A DNA stretch of 34,202 nt from a virus (IMGVR_UViG_3300020234_000015:1-34202); one strand, 5' to 3'. Shown: positions 24,260-32,959, counted from the first letter of the stretch. Numbers and translations: made by a program. Notes: generated from the letters alone by a model not told the origin.

Positions 24260-25262
24260 GGTGACTCCCTCGTTCGACGTATTCACTCTTCATTATGAAA
24301 TCCGAATCAAGTCCACGGACCTCCGCTTCACAGATTGTTCGGTACTCACAGGTGTTGCAATTGAACGATGACATGCTGCGTGCACAGTGTTCACCATTCC
24401 TCTTGGCCTGAATTTCTGCCGCACTCTGCAGGAAATCGTTGACCACTTCAATGATCATGTCGGTACTGGGCTTCGGCAGGAACACGCGTTCGAAAAATGT
24501 GTCTTCTTTCCCTTCAAGCATCTCCAGCATGTCCACGTACTGGGTGGCGTCGAGATTCTCACGCCGGATTGTTTTGAGGTAAGTGTACGGATCGCAGTCC
24601 AAGTTTTTACGCTTCGACAGCTCACCGTTCTTCAGCACTTCCGGTTCTGTCGGTGCTTTCGCTTTGCCGTAGTCCCAGCAGATGCCGTCGATCTTTTCCT
24701 TCGGCTCCATCATGCCGTACGCCCACACGTATAACAGCAGCTGCAGCTCTTGGAACCGATCATCAGCCGTCGGAATAGACTTCATGAATTTGTGATCTAT
24801 CAGCCAGCGTCGGTCGTGCACGTCCCTTGCAATCTTGTCGATGAAGCCGATGAACATGAGCGGGAGAGCACCGCTACCCAGCTTGCTCAGGTCCACTTCG
24901 ATCTTGATCTCAGTCGCCTCATACGTCAGGGGGTCCTTGCGATATTTGCGTAAATATCCTTCGAAGATCATGCCGCAGTCGCCGATGATGTCACCGTGCA
25001 TGTCGCGCTCTTCTTCGAAGTAGGCAGCGTACTCTTCCGAGTACGTTTCGAGCACGTCCCACGGATCGGGACCGTCGTAATTCCTGCCGTTGATTTTGTT
25101 TTCGACGTACGCATTCAACATCTCGTGCAGGATCTCACCACGCAGTAGACGTACGCCTTTGAACTTACGTTTGATCTTCAGAAAATATCTGTACCACCAT
25201 GCCTTTTGACATCGTCGATATGAATTCACTTCGCTGAAACTAATGTGTTCCTTAGGCGGCAT
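24249..25262 (-). CDS. PD-(D/E)xK exonuclease (RecB/Cas4-like)
   Basis: ISFSEV..YRRC, G.ILH, GFIDKI...LIDHK, QL.LY and C-terminal C...CNTCEY..IC Fe-S-type cysteines. Confidence 0.85.
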   Translation of the reverse strand: MPPKEHISFSEVNSYRRCQKAWWYRYFLKIKRKFKGVRLLRGEILHEMLNAYVENKINGRNYDGPDPWDVLETYSEEYAAYFEEERDMHGDIIGDCGMIFEGYLRKYRKDPLTYEATEIKIEVDLSKLGSGALPLMFIGFIDKIARDVHDRRWLIDHKFMKSIPTADDRFQELQLLLYVWAYGMMEPKEKIDGICWDYGKAKAPTEPEVLKNGELSKRKNLDCDPYTYLKTIRRENLDATQYVDMLEMLEGKEDTFFERVFLPKPSTDMIIEVVNDFLQSAAEIQAKRNGEHCARSMSSFNCNTCEYRTICEAEVRGLDSDFIMKSEYVERGSHHAS

Positions 25263-27759
25263 ATTTTACTCCCTTTCCCCATGGACCCAGCTCCGCCTCG
25301 CCTTCCATTGGGACGCTGAGATTTATTTTAAATGTGTCCATCAACTTCGGTCGCTCTGCCATCTTCAACATCTTCGGCACGCACTCAGGGATAACTTCGT
25401 CCCTGACGATAGTCAGTACTGCGTCATGGTGTTCACCGACGAGGCGCACATGATCGCGCGGGAAAGTCTGGTGGATCTCGATCAGTAGCATTGCTTTGTA
25501 GTCGCCGATCAGTGCCTGAACTCCTGAGTTGACTGCCTGCCTCTCAGCTGCCATTTGAATCATCTTGTCCTTGGTCTGGATGCCGGGGAGTCTGCGTAGC
25601 CGACCAGTCAGGCATCGTACGTGCCCGTTTGATTTTGCAAGTCGCTTTGTTCGGGTGTGCCAGTCAGCCAGCCGAGAGTACAGGCGAAAGTATGCTTTCC
25701 GTGCTTGCTTCGCTTCCGTCATCGTCGGAGTCCAACCGTAATCTTTTGTCGCCTGCTCGATGAACTTCTTCGGGTACATGCCGAAAATAAAACCGAAGTT
25801 GACAGCCTTCGCGCGCGTCCTGCCTTCGTACCAACGTGGTGCAACTTTGATGCATTTCTGCGGGCCTGCCTCCATCAGGATCTGGAGACAATCGTTATAA
25901 GAGAGTCTGCTACAGCGCATGCGAGTTGGTTCGAGATATTCTGCTGTTAGCCACACCAGGTCGGTCCACTCACTATCCTGACTGATGGACAGGTTCTCGA
26001 TCATCGTGCGCCAGTGAATGTCGATGCCGTGGGTAAAACATCGACGCATCTCTGGGTCTTTGGACAGGTGTGCAGCAATGCGCATCTCTGCCGTGGCGAG
26101 GTCAAGCACACATAAGGTCCAGCCTTTTGGTGCAGTAATGAGGTTGCGGATCTTTCCATCGCGCGGGATAGGATGGAGCGGTGAGCTGTAACGTCCGGTG
26201 ACAGTGCCGTGCAGTTTGTAATCGAAGAAGTACCTGTCACCGACTCGGTATTTCTGCCAGCCCTTGATGTACGTGTTGAACATCTTTGCCGCACCGCGAA
26301 ATTTGAGAAGCTTCCTGACCACGGGTTTGGTTGCGATGCTGAGCAGTGCTTCTTCAGATGTGCTATTCGCGCCTTTCTTCGTAAAAATTTTGCACTGATA
26401 TCCCAGATCTTTGTATAGGAGTTTTCCGATCTGCGCTGGGCTGTTCCAGTTCACTTCATGACCTGTCATGTCGTTCAGCTCTTCGCGTTCCGTGATCATC
26501 TCTGACAGCAGCTGCAGCCCGATCTCTTTGCGCGCAGTGGGGTCAATAACGAGACCTTCCATCTCGGCATCCTCCATGGCGCGGGCTCCCGGCATCGTGA
26601 TCTTCCAGAAGAGACGGTGCAGACTGGGGTCTTCTCGGAGCATTTCCATGAATAAGTGTGCGAGGCGAAACGTGTACGTCGCGTCCTGCCCACAGTACTT
26701 GTAGTTGCGCACGGGCTTCTCAGACTTGCCCTGCTTCTCTGCCAGCGAGATGTCATACTCGGGCTCATCGAGGTAGGTGCGGCACAGGCTGGTCAGATCA
26801 TGATGAAGGTTTTCATCGATCACGTGGTGTGCGAGCATGACGTCAAAGGTCAGGCGGAATGACCCACCGAACATACACCGCATCCACTTGTTATCAAACT
26901 TCCCATTCTGCGCATACGTGCGTTTTTTATCGCGATGAGCAAGAAAAAAAAGCAGCTGCATCAGTTTCCGAAAAGCATCACCGTGCGCGAAGGGGCTGTG
27001 GGAAAATCGCTGGTACTCCGGGTGCATAAATCCGGGAATCACCCATGTTCGGTGGGGGAAAGCAATTGCGATTGCAGTGATGTACCGTTGTTTCTGGAAT
27101 GGGAAAAGCCCCGATGTCTCGCAGTCGTATGCGAATTCGGATGCCTCCTCGAACTCTCTTATAAAGGTAGCAAGATTACCCTTGCGGACGACCGTCCACG
27201 TGACTGTATCATCGCGCAAGCCGCCCTTTATGAGGCGGGCAAGCCGCGCAATGTCATCCTTCAGACCGGGGAGCTTAGACGGATCGCGAAGCGTATACGC
27301 CGGATGAAATATTGGCATTCCGATGTAACTGACTTTGGGATTCTCTATGATTTCTCCGTGGAATTGGTTGATCTTCGCCTTGCCACGGAAAAGCGTCTTC
27401 GTAGCAGGAACTCCAGCGGTAACGACAAAGTCGGGAGTTAGCTGCGCAATTTCTTCGTCGAGGTAGTGACGGCAAGCTTTGATCTCCGCTGCCGTGGGAG
27501 TTCTGTTATTCGGTGGCCTACACTTCACGAGGTTGGTGATGTAGGTGTGCTCGGCCAGGTCGTTGCGTTGTAATTCCCCCCTTAGAATGCGTCCAGACTC
27601 ACCTATAAAGGGCACACCACGTTTATCTTCGTTCGCGCCGGGAGCTTCCCCGATCACCATTACCTTGACGTTTTTGCGCGGCCCATCACCAGCCATGCAG
27701 ACCGTCTTCGCGGTCGCGTGTAATCCGCACTCAGTACACTCAGGGTTTAGGCTCGCCAT
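25252..27759 (-). CDS. DNA polymerase family A with N-terminal family-4 uracil-DNA glycosylase domain and 3'-5' exonuclease
   Basis: UDG: CxxC, GEAPG, KCRPPNNR, FHPA. Exonuclease: DCETSGL, NGKFD, YCGQD. Polymerase: TVTGR, DLATAEMR (motif A), RAKAVNFG (motif B), HD (motif C). Confidence 0.93.
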   Translation of the reverse strand: MASLNPECTECGLHATAKTVCMAGDGPRKNVKVMVIGEAPGANEDKRGVPFIGESGRILRGELQRNDLAEHTYITNLVKCRPPNNRTPTAAEIKACRHYLDEEIAQLTPDFVVTAGVPATKTLFRGKAKINQFHGEIIENPKVSYIGMPIFHPAYTLRDPSKLPGLKDDIARLARLIKGGLRDDTVTWTVVRKGNLATFIREFEEASEFAYDCETSGLFPFQKQRYITAIAIAFPHRTWVIPGFMHPEYQRFSHSPFAHGDAFRKLMQLLFFLAHRDKKRTYAQNGKFDNKWMRCMFGGSFRLTFDVMLAHHVIDENLHHDLTSLCRTYLDEPEYDISLAEKQGKSEKPVRNYKYCGQDATYTFRLAHLFMEMLREDPSLHRLFWKITMPGARAMEDAEMEGLVIDPTARKEIGLQLLSEMITEREELNDMTGHEVNWNSPAQIGKLLYKDLGYQCKIFTKKGANSTSEEALLSIATKPVVRKLLKFRGAAKMFNTYIKGWQKYRVGDRYFFDYKLHGTVTGRYSSPLHPIPRDGKIRNLITAPKGWTLCVLDLATAEMRIAAHLSKDPEMRRCFTHGIDIHWRTMIENLSISQDSEWTDLVWLTAEYLEPTRMRCSRLSYNDCLQILMEAGPQKCIKVAPRWYEGRTRAKAVNFGFIFGMYPKKFIEQATKDYGWTPTMTEAKQARKAYFRLYSRLADWHTRTKRLAKSNGHVRCLTGRLRRLPGIQTKDKMIQMAAERQAVNSGVQALIGDYKAMLLIEIHQTFPRDHVRLVGEHHDAVLTIVRDEVIPECVPKMLKMAERPKLMDTFKINLSVPMEGEAELGPWGKGVKYAA

Positions 27760-27776
27760 GGGAGCCGTTCGCTCAA

Positions 27777-27888
27777 GACCATTTGCAGTCTCCTGTTCGC
27801 TCTGCGAGGATGGTCAGCCCAACAGGGATAAAGACTCAGAATTTAATGGAGAGAGAGGGACGCCCCGATAGAGACTTCCCCCTCCTCC
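27777..27888 (-). promoter_or_regulatory. Structured 5' leader of the polymerase operon (two hairpins, possible pseudoknot, uORF start)
   Basis: Inverted repeats at 27787-27797/27821-27836 and about 27848-27888. The G-U pairs form only on the minus strand. Confidence 0.45.
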
Positions 27889-27922
27889 GGATCTCACATC
27901 GACAACAAGAAGAGGCGAGAAA

Positions 27923-30031
27923 GTGGATCATAAAGCAGGTCTAGACGCGACACAAGCCGCCCAGCACTGGTTAAGGCAAAAAGTATACACCGTACCGCTG
28001 CGGAGCAGGTCAAAACGCCCAAAAGCGCGCGATTGGCCGCATCTCAGGCTTGTCGAGGAAGATCTCCGTAACGGGGCATTCAAGCGTGGTGACAACATTG
28101 GTGCGCTCTGGGGCGAGGCTTCAGAGGGTGCCACCGACGTCGATCTGGACATGGCAGAGGCTATCTGGGTAGCTGAACACATCCTCCCCGAGACGTTCAT
28201 CTACGGGCGCACGAATAAAGAATACTCTCACTACGTTTTCCGTGTCAAAGGTGCTGAAACGCGCAAGTGGCAGGTCTCCGAGCTGGGCACTATCGTCGAA
28301 ATTCGCTCCACAGGAGCACAATCAGTCATCCCGCCATCACGGCATCCGGAGGGTGGCGTTTACTTCACTAACGAAGACAACGACGATGAGTTCACGAAGC
28401 TAACCAAGCTGGACCTCGAACGATTTGTCGATGAGATCGCAGTCGCAGCTGTCTTCGTACACTTCTATCCTACAGCGGGATCACGTCACGATTACGTGCA
28501 CGCCTGCACGGGAGCACTGTGTCATCAGGAGTGGCCCGACGAGAAGATCCAGCGCGTGATGAGCGCGGTGCTCACTGTTATTCAGGATGAAGAAGACGAG
28601 ATCAAGGATCGGACAGGCACGGTGCGCAATACAGTCGAGAAGCACAAGCTCGGTGATCGCACGAAGGGATTCACGTCACTCGAAGCATGGATGAGCATGC
28701 CGGTCATCTCAGCTGTACGCAGGTGGACTGGCAGCGGCAAGCTGGAAGGCAAATTGGTGATCGCTCCGCCATCGATTAAACCGGAGGCTACCCGGCTGAC
28801 ATTTGATGATTCATTGTTAGAAGTGCCAGGTCTTGTCGGCGAAATTATTAAGTGGGGCAATCGCGAAAACTTCATCGATCAACCGATCTTCGGATTAGCA
28901 GCAGGCATCATGTGCACTGCGATGGCAACCTGCAATCACTACCTTGTGCAAAGTTGGGACACACCGCTGCAACCGTACTTGATGGTCACTGCACCGACCG
29001 GCGGAGGCAAGGAGTCAGCACTGCGTGCAGTCAGTAAATTTGCGCACAAGATGAGGCTCGACGATGTCGTGTTCCAACAGTTTCAATCGTACTACGCGAT
29101 GCTCGACGTCATGGCAGAAGAGAAAATGGCTTGCTGGTTGTGGGATGAAGCTGCGCGTTACATGGCAGCTGCGAAGAAAGCTACCACGTCGGATTTTGCA
29201 ACACTGAGTCACGTCATCTCTCTCTATGGCGCAGCAAATAAATGGGTGCCGGGATCACCGGGACGTAGACAAACAATTCCTGCACTCGATCATCCCTTTC
29301 TTACTGTGCTCGCGACTGCGCAACCTGAGATGTTGATGGAAGCACTGACCAGTACTGCACAAGAGACCGGCTTCGTAAATCGATTTATACTGCTCGACAC
29401 AGGCACGGACTACCACGGTACGAATCAACGACGCAGTCACGTGTTCCCGTCATCAATTGCAAAGCAGGCAAAATTATTACGTGATCACGAGCCGCGTGAT
29501 GGTGAGTTCACTGAGGTGAGATTTGCAGACACACGAACGTTCACTGCGTTTCAAGATTTCGAAGAGATGTGCCGACGTCGCACCATGGAGGGACAATTCA
29601 CATGGGCACGCGCAAATCAAAACGCACTCATCATATCTGGGCTTGCAGCTGTCGGTATCAATTCAATCCATCCCGTCATCGATATCGATCTATGTAAGTG
29701 GGCACTGCAGCTCGTGACATGGAGTTGTGATTGCTGGGATGAGAAAGTACGCATGACAGCGTCCGGTGATAGCTACAGTGAGAAGGATTCTTTTAAGATC
29801 GAACGCCTCATCAACAGTCCGCACAAGTACATTAATCAAAAGGGCAACACCAGTAACCAGCGCATCGCACTCCAACATCACTTCACTCCGCTCGCTGTGA
29901 TCACTCGCAACTGCAGAGGCATCGAACAGAAACGACGCGAACAAATTCTCAGCGACCTGCATGAGTCAGGGCTGATCGGGTCAACCGAAAAATACAATCA
30001 GGTTGTGTACTTCCCGCTCGCACAAAAGTAG
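27923..30031 (+). CDS. Primase-helicase: N-terminal bifunctional primase/polymerase (Prim-Pol) plus C-terminal P-loop domain (DUF3987-like)
   Basis: PL...SKRP...W, NIG...G...DVDLD, HYVF, EIRS.G.QSVIPPS.H, Walker A APTGGGKE, Walker B LWDE and GF.NRF. Confidence 0.88.
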   Translation: MDHKAGLDATQAAQHWLRQKVYTVPLRSRSKRPKARDWPHLRLVEEDLRNGAFKRGDNIGALWGEASEGATDVDLDMAEAIWVAEHILPETFIYGRTNKEYSHYVFRVKGAETRKWQVSELGTIVEIRSTGAQSVIPPSRHPEGGVYFTNEDNDDEFTKLTKLDLERFVDEIAVAAVFVHFYPTAGSRHDYVHACTGALCHQEWPDEKIQRVMSAVLTVIQDEEDEIKDRTGTVRNTVEKHKLGDRTKGFTSLEAWMSMPVISAVRRWTGSGKLEGKLVIAPPSIKPEATRLTFDDSLLEVPGLVGEIIKWGNRENFIDQPIFGLAAGIMCTAMATCNHYLVQSWDTPLQPYLMVTAPTGGGKESALRAVSKFAHKMRLDDVVFQQFQSYYAMLDVMAEEKMACWLWDEAARYMAAAKKATTSDFATLSHVISLYGAANKWVPGSPGRRQTIPALDHPFLTVLATAQPEMLMEALTSTAQETGFVNRFILLDTGTDYHGTNQRRSHVFPSSIAKQAKLLRDHEPRDGEFTEVRFADTRTFTAFQDFEEMCRRRTMEGQFTWARANQNALIISGLAAVGINSIHPVIDIDLCKWALQLVTWSCDCWDEKVRMTASGDSYSEKDSFKIERLINSPHKYINQKGNTSNQRIALQHHFTPLAVITRNCRGIEQKRREQILSDLHESGLIGSTEKYNQVVYFPLAQK

Positions 30032-30086
30032 ATCCACCCATCTCAAGTTTTCCCCTGTTGCGACCGGGGACGGTATCCTATTGATC

Positions 30087-30139
30087 CTATTTAACATAAT
30101 AACCCCCACTTGACAACGGCTACGCTCCCGTGGTATAGT
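30087..30139 (+). promoter_or_regulatory. Early sigma70-type promoter P1 with conserved upstream 14-mer
   Basis: CTATTTAACATAAT-9 nt-TTGACA-18 nt-TATAGT, with an extended -10 TG. Confidence 0.8.
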
Positions 30140-30176
30140 GAATGGGAATTCACAATAGCTAGACAAGGAGCAAGAC

Positions 30177-30473
30177 ATGAAGAACGAAATCGCATCAGGT
30201 GCACTCGCCGACGAGCTGGGAATCATCCGCGCTCAGATGGCAGACCTCAAGGATCGCGAACGTGAGATCCGCAACGACTTCATCGCAGCTGGCATCAAGT
30301 CAGTTGAAGGTGAGACCTTCCGCGTAATGGTCGTTGAGTCCATGCGCATCAGCATTGATTGGAAGGCAGTAGCTGCGAAGCTCACGCCCAGCCGTCAGCT
30401 GGTTCGTGCACACACGTCGGAGAAGGAAGTCATCTCCATCCGTGTTAACGCACGTCGCGGATTAGCAGCATGA
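30177..30473 (+). CDS. Early hypothetical protein (coiled-coil N-terminus, C-terminal LAA)
   Basis: SD AAGGAG; first gene after P1. Confidence 0.75.
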   Translation: MKNEIASGALADELGIIRAQMADLKDREREIRNDFIAAGIKSVEGETFRVMVVESMRISIDWKAVAAKLTPSRQLVRAHTSEKEVISIRVNARRGLAA

Positions 30474-30733
30474 GGATTGCAATCGCTGCAACCGGGAAGT
30501 CCAAGAGTGTTGCCCAGTACCTGCCAAATAATTTTAAGGTGCTGGGCCGCACGCTGGACAATAACGGAACCATCATCGTCGGAGTTGACGACCACGGCTG
30601 GTCGCTCGACCAGTACGTCATTCCCCGACTCGCCTCAGCAATGATCCACTGCGAAGAGGTGTTCGAGATCAACGGTCTCAACATCAAGCAGCTGGAGCTG
30701 AATCTCAAAATCTATCAGGAGCAACTGACATGA
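30470..30733 (+). CDS. Early hypothetical protein
   Basis: ATGA overlap; G.D..GW.LD.YVIPRLAS motif. Confidence 0.75.
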   Translation: MRIAIAATGKSKSVAQYLPNNFKVLGRTLDNNGTIIVGVDDHGWSLDQYVIPRLASAMIHCEEVFEINGLNIKQLELNLKIYQEQLT

Positions 30734-30984
30734 GAACGCGCAACCCTAAGTGCATTGATGAGGCCAAGGCCGAAGTCAACAAAGCAATGGACGAGATAAA
30801 TGTCGCCCAGTCGCGCATAAGAAAGGCAGCAAAATTCCTGCTGCATGAAGGCAATACCCCAGGCACATCCAGCGCTCACTACCACTACGCAATAGCCATG
30901 TCTAAAGTGCACACGCACTTCGGCAGCTTGCGCAATGTGATGTGGGCTGCACTGGATGCATACAACAAGGAGCAAACATCATGA
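30730..30984 (+). CDS. Early hypothetical protein
   Basis: SD AGGAG and ATGA overlap. Confidence 0.7.
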   Translation: MRTRNPKCIDEAKAEVNKAMDEINVAQSRIRKAAKFLLHEGNTPGTSSAHYHYAIAMSKVHTHFGSLRNVMWAALDAYNKEQTS

Positions 30985-31280
30985 CCCTGCAATTAGAAAG
31001 TGCACAAGGGATGGCAGTGCAACATCCCGACACGTTCGAAGTCTCTGACATCGATCACATGCGCGAAGTCGTCAAGCCCGGAGTGTACGCGAAGATCTGC
31101 ATACTCAACGGTGGCGGCGAACGCATCTGGACTGACGTCGTCAGTGTTGACGGCACCAAGGTGAAGGCGACACTCGCCAATGAGCCGTTCGGCCTCGACA
31201 TGAAGCACGGTGACCCGGTCGAGTACCAGCTGCACAACGTCTACAACGTCAGCAGTCACGACGGGGAGGAACTGGCATGA
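30981..31280 (+). CDS. DUF2314-like protein
   Basis: ATG 30981 has SD AAGGAG. The ERIW..V......ATLANEP......GD.V pattern is present. Confidence 0.6.
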   Translation: MTLQLESAQGMAVQHPDTFEVSDIDHMREVVKPGVYAKICILNGGGERIWTDVVSVDGTKVKATLANEPFGLDMKHGDPVEYQLHNVYNVSSHDGEELA

Positions 31281-31492
31281 GCTTCTACGTCTTCGATGAG
31301 GGTGGCGAGTACGACCAAGGCACGGTGCACATGCACCTGCAGTACCTGCGCATCCACATGGGTACACCGCAAGGTGAATGCTTCGAGCACTTGGTCGATG
31401 CCGCTGAGATGGCGAAAGACTGGGCAGCGAACGGAGGTCCGCAACTGATCACCGACGCTGACTTCAAAGTCTTAGACACGGTGACGTCATGA
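31277..31492 (+). CDS. Early hypothetical protein
   Basis: SD GGAGG and ATGA overlaps on both sides. Confidence 0.65.
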   Translation: MSFYVFDEGGEYDQGTVHMHLQYLRIHMGTPQGECFEHLVDAAEMAKDWAANGGPQLITDADFKVLDTVTS

Positions 31493-31755
31493 GTGCCGCA
31501 TACCGATGGACCATCAGCAAGGATCACCTTGAAGATCCAGACAGCATGCATAGTCGCGTCGGCACCATTGGACCTCATGACGCGGACGACGCAGTGACGT
31601 CGAACCCGGCACGCTTCAGTCTCTACGATGATGACGACAACTGCTACTACGAGGGCATGCTCTACGGTGACTACATGGGCATGGAACCGCTCGATGACTT
31701 CGGCACGCCGAACGCAGGGTGCGTGAAGATGAAGCTCGACGGGGAATGGCTGTGA
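31489..31755 (+). CDS. Early acidic hypothetical protein
   Basis: F.LYDDD...YYEG...PLDDFG.PNAGC motif; ATGA overlap. Confidence 0.75.
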   Translation: MSAAYRWTISKDHLEDPDSMHSRVGTIGPHDADDAVTSNPARFSLYDDDDNCYYEGMLYGDYMGMEPLDDFGTPNAGCVKMKLDGEWL

Positions 31756-31913
31756 GCAGCATCAACCCGTTCAGGAAAGGTGACCCGGTCAGCATCAAAC
31801 GTGGTGCTGGCTGGATCACCGGCACAGTGGTCAAGACGGTACTGGCGCGCGTGCACATCCAGATCGACGACAAGGTGTACGTTGAAGACTGGCACGAGTG
31901 CAGACGGGCTTGA
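31752..31913 (+). CDS. Small SH3/KOW-like protein (53 aa)
   Basis: GTGA overlap start; FRKGDPV...W..GTVVK pattern. Confidence 0.6.
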   Translation: MSSINPFRKGDPVSIKRGAGWITGTVVKTVLARVHIQIDDKVYVEDWHECRRA

Positions 31914-31939
31914 CACAGTAGCGTTGATGTGTATATGAT
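31910..31939 (+). promoter_or_regulatory. Sigma70-type promoter P2
   Basis: TTGACA-18 nt-TATGAT. It lacks the upstream 14-mer of P1, P3 and P4. Confidence 0.7.
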
Positions 31940-31943
31940 GAGT

Positions 31944-32123
31944 TGAGTATTTTGTGAATCGGTGGGGGAGCTTTCGGTCTGAAGTGGTAGTGCTCCTAAG
32001 ACCCCTGCCGTTGATCCCGCGAGAGAAGCGGAGCCCATGACCCTAACCGGGTAGGCACTGCGGATTGATAACCGGGGTAGGAACAACAGGTAGTGTTGAT
32101 CCCACCGATTCACAAAGTACTTA
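31944..32123 (+). ncRNA. Candidate structured RNA (about 180 nt) closed by a 23 bp terminal stem
   Basis: 31944-31966 pairs with 32101-32123, including 2 G-U pairs. It begins at the expected TSS of P2, has several internal helices and contains no credible ORF. Confidence 0.7.
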
Positions 32124-32139
32124 CGCAAGGAGCAAGACA

Positions 32140-32415
32140 ATGTCATTGAAGAAAACAGCAGAGCCCGGATGCCCACACGCCACGTTCGTGAACAAAGCGG
32201 ACGGATGGACATGGAAAGTTCTCAAGGTGTACGCGATGGCGAAGACCGACAAGGGCAACAAGTACGCTCGCTGGCTCTTGGCTGTGCGCTCACCGGCTAC
32301 GTTCGGCGGCTACGATATCGGCGACACTTACATCAAAGACGTCCTGGGATATGCGACTCATTTGGAGTCAGCGACCGACGAATTTCGCGAGTACTTTACG
32401 GAGCTAAGAGCATGA
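32140..32415 (+). CDS. Early hypothetical protein (91 aa)
   Basis: ATG 32140 has SD AAGGAG. WTWKVLK.Y...YARW..AV.SP.T.G.Y..GDTY motif. Confidence 0.75.
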   Translation: MSLKKTAEPGCPHATFVNKADGWTWKVLKVYAMAKTDKGNKYARWLLAVRSPATFGGYDIGDTYIKDVLGYATHLESATDEFREYFTELRA

Positions 32416-32654
32416 GCAAATATCGCCAGCAATTCCCCGAAGACAATCCTAATCATCCTGACCATGATGCAGCTGTTGCACGCGCGTGGGCAGGTCACGA
32501 CAAACGACATCACGACAACCTGCGCAAGATGGTTGACTCTGCCTGCAAAGGCGTGATGCCACACATCGACAAGCGCATCAAGGATGTCGCACGACGTGCC
32601 TACTACTTAGGCGCACAAGATGGCATCGAACTCCAAAAGGAGAAAGGCAAATGA
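32412..32654 (+). CDS. Early hypothetical protein (80 aa)
   Basis: ATGA overlap start at 32412 (MSKYRQQF...) with SD GGAG. Confidence 0.65.
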   Translation: MSKYRQQFPEDNPNHPDHDAAVARAWAGHDKRHHDNLRKMVDSACKGVMPHIDKRIKDVARRAYYLGAQDGIELQKEKGK

Positions 32655-32956
32655 AGATTGCAATCCTACTCATCATGCTCGTGCTCTCGCCCACGCAGGC
32701 ACACGAGACCGATTCTAAACCACCCTACCCAGAGTTTGCAGGTGACACGTTCCCTATCGCTCACTGGGAACTGACGATGATCTCACACCAAGACATGTGG
32801 GATATCACTGCCGAGGAATACAGTCGCGCCTCGTGCATCAAGGATGGCATCCGGCGAATGCTCAGAGATATGGAGTCAGTCCCGGTGAGGGAATGGGGTG
32901 CTGATCCGCTGCTCGGATTTATCTGCGAGTACGTGGACGGCTCAGAAGAGAAGTAA
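32651..32956 (+). CDS. Secreted/periplasmic protein with Sec signal peptide
   Basis: MKIAILLIMLVLSPTQA-H signal, two Cys and SD AAGGAG. Confidence 0.6.
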   Translation: MKIAILLIMLVLSPTQAHETDSKPPYPEFAGDTFPIAHWELTMISHQDMWDITAEEYSRASCIKDGIRRMLRDMESVPVREWGADPLLGFICEYVDGSEEK

Positions 32957-32959
32957 GGG

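Noticed and set aside
24249-25262. CRISPR-associated cas4
   Set aside because: No cas1/cas2 or array is present. The context (AAA_24 ATPase, SSB, polymerase) is the usual phage recombination module.
18552-27759. Z-genome (2-aminoadenine) system
   Set aside because: A MazG-like gene and an atypical PolA are present, but no PurZ or HD-domain DatZ occurs in the window, so it cannot be supported here.
30051-30070. Terminator after the primase-helicase (TCCCC...GGGGA)
   Set aside because: The stem is short and imperfect and has no downstream U-tract on the + strand.
30087-30100. CtrA box (TTAA-N7-TTAA) in the promoter 14-mer
   Set aside because: The second half-site is absent in all three copies.
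31944-32123. Retron msr-msd, pistol/twister ribozyme, SAM-I riboswitch or tRNA/tmRNA identity for the structured RNA
   Set aside because: No reverse transcriptase occurs in the window. Only fragmentary resemblance exists (GUUGAU, UAA..GCC, GAGA.GCGGAG) without the required core motifs, and there is no T-loop or CCA.
32065-32411. Track starts at 32065 and 32169 (likewise 30942, 31719, 33014, 1069)
   Set aside because: Downstream starts have strong SDs or stop/start overlaps. The extensions run through the RNA stem or neighbouring genes.
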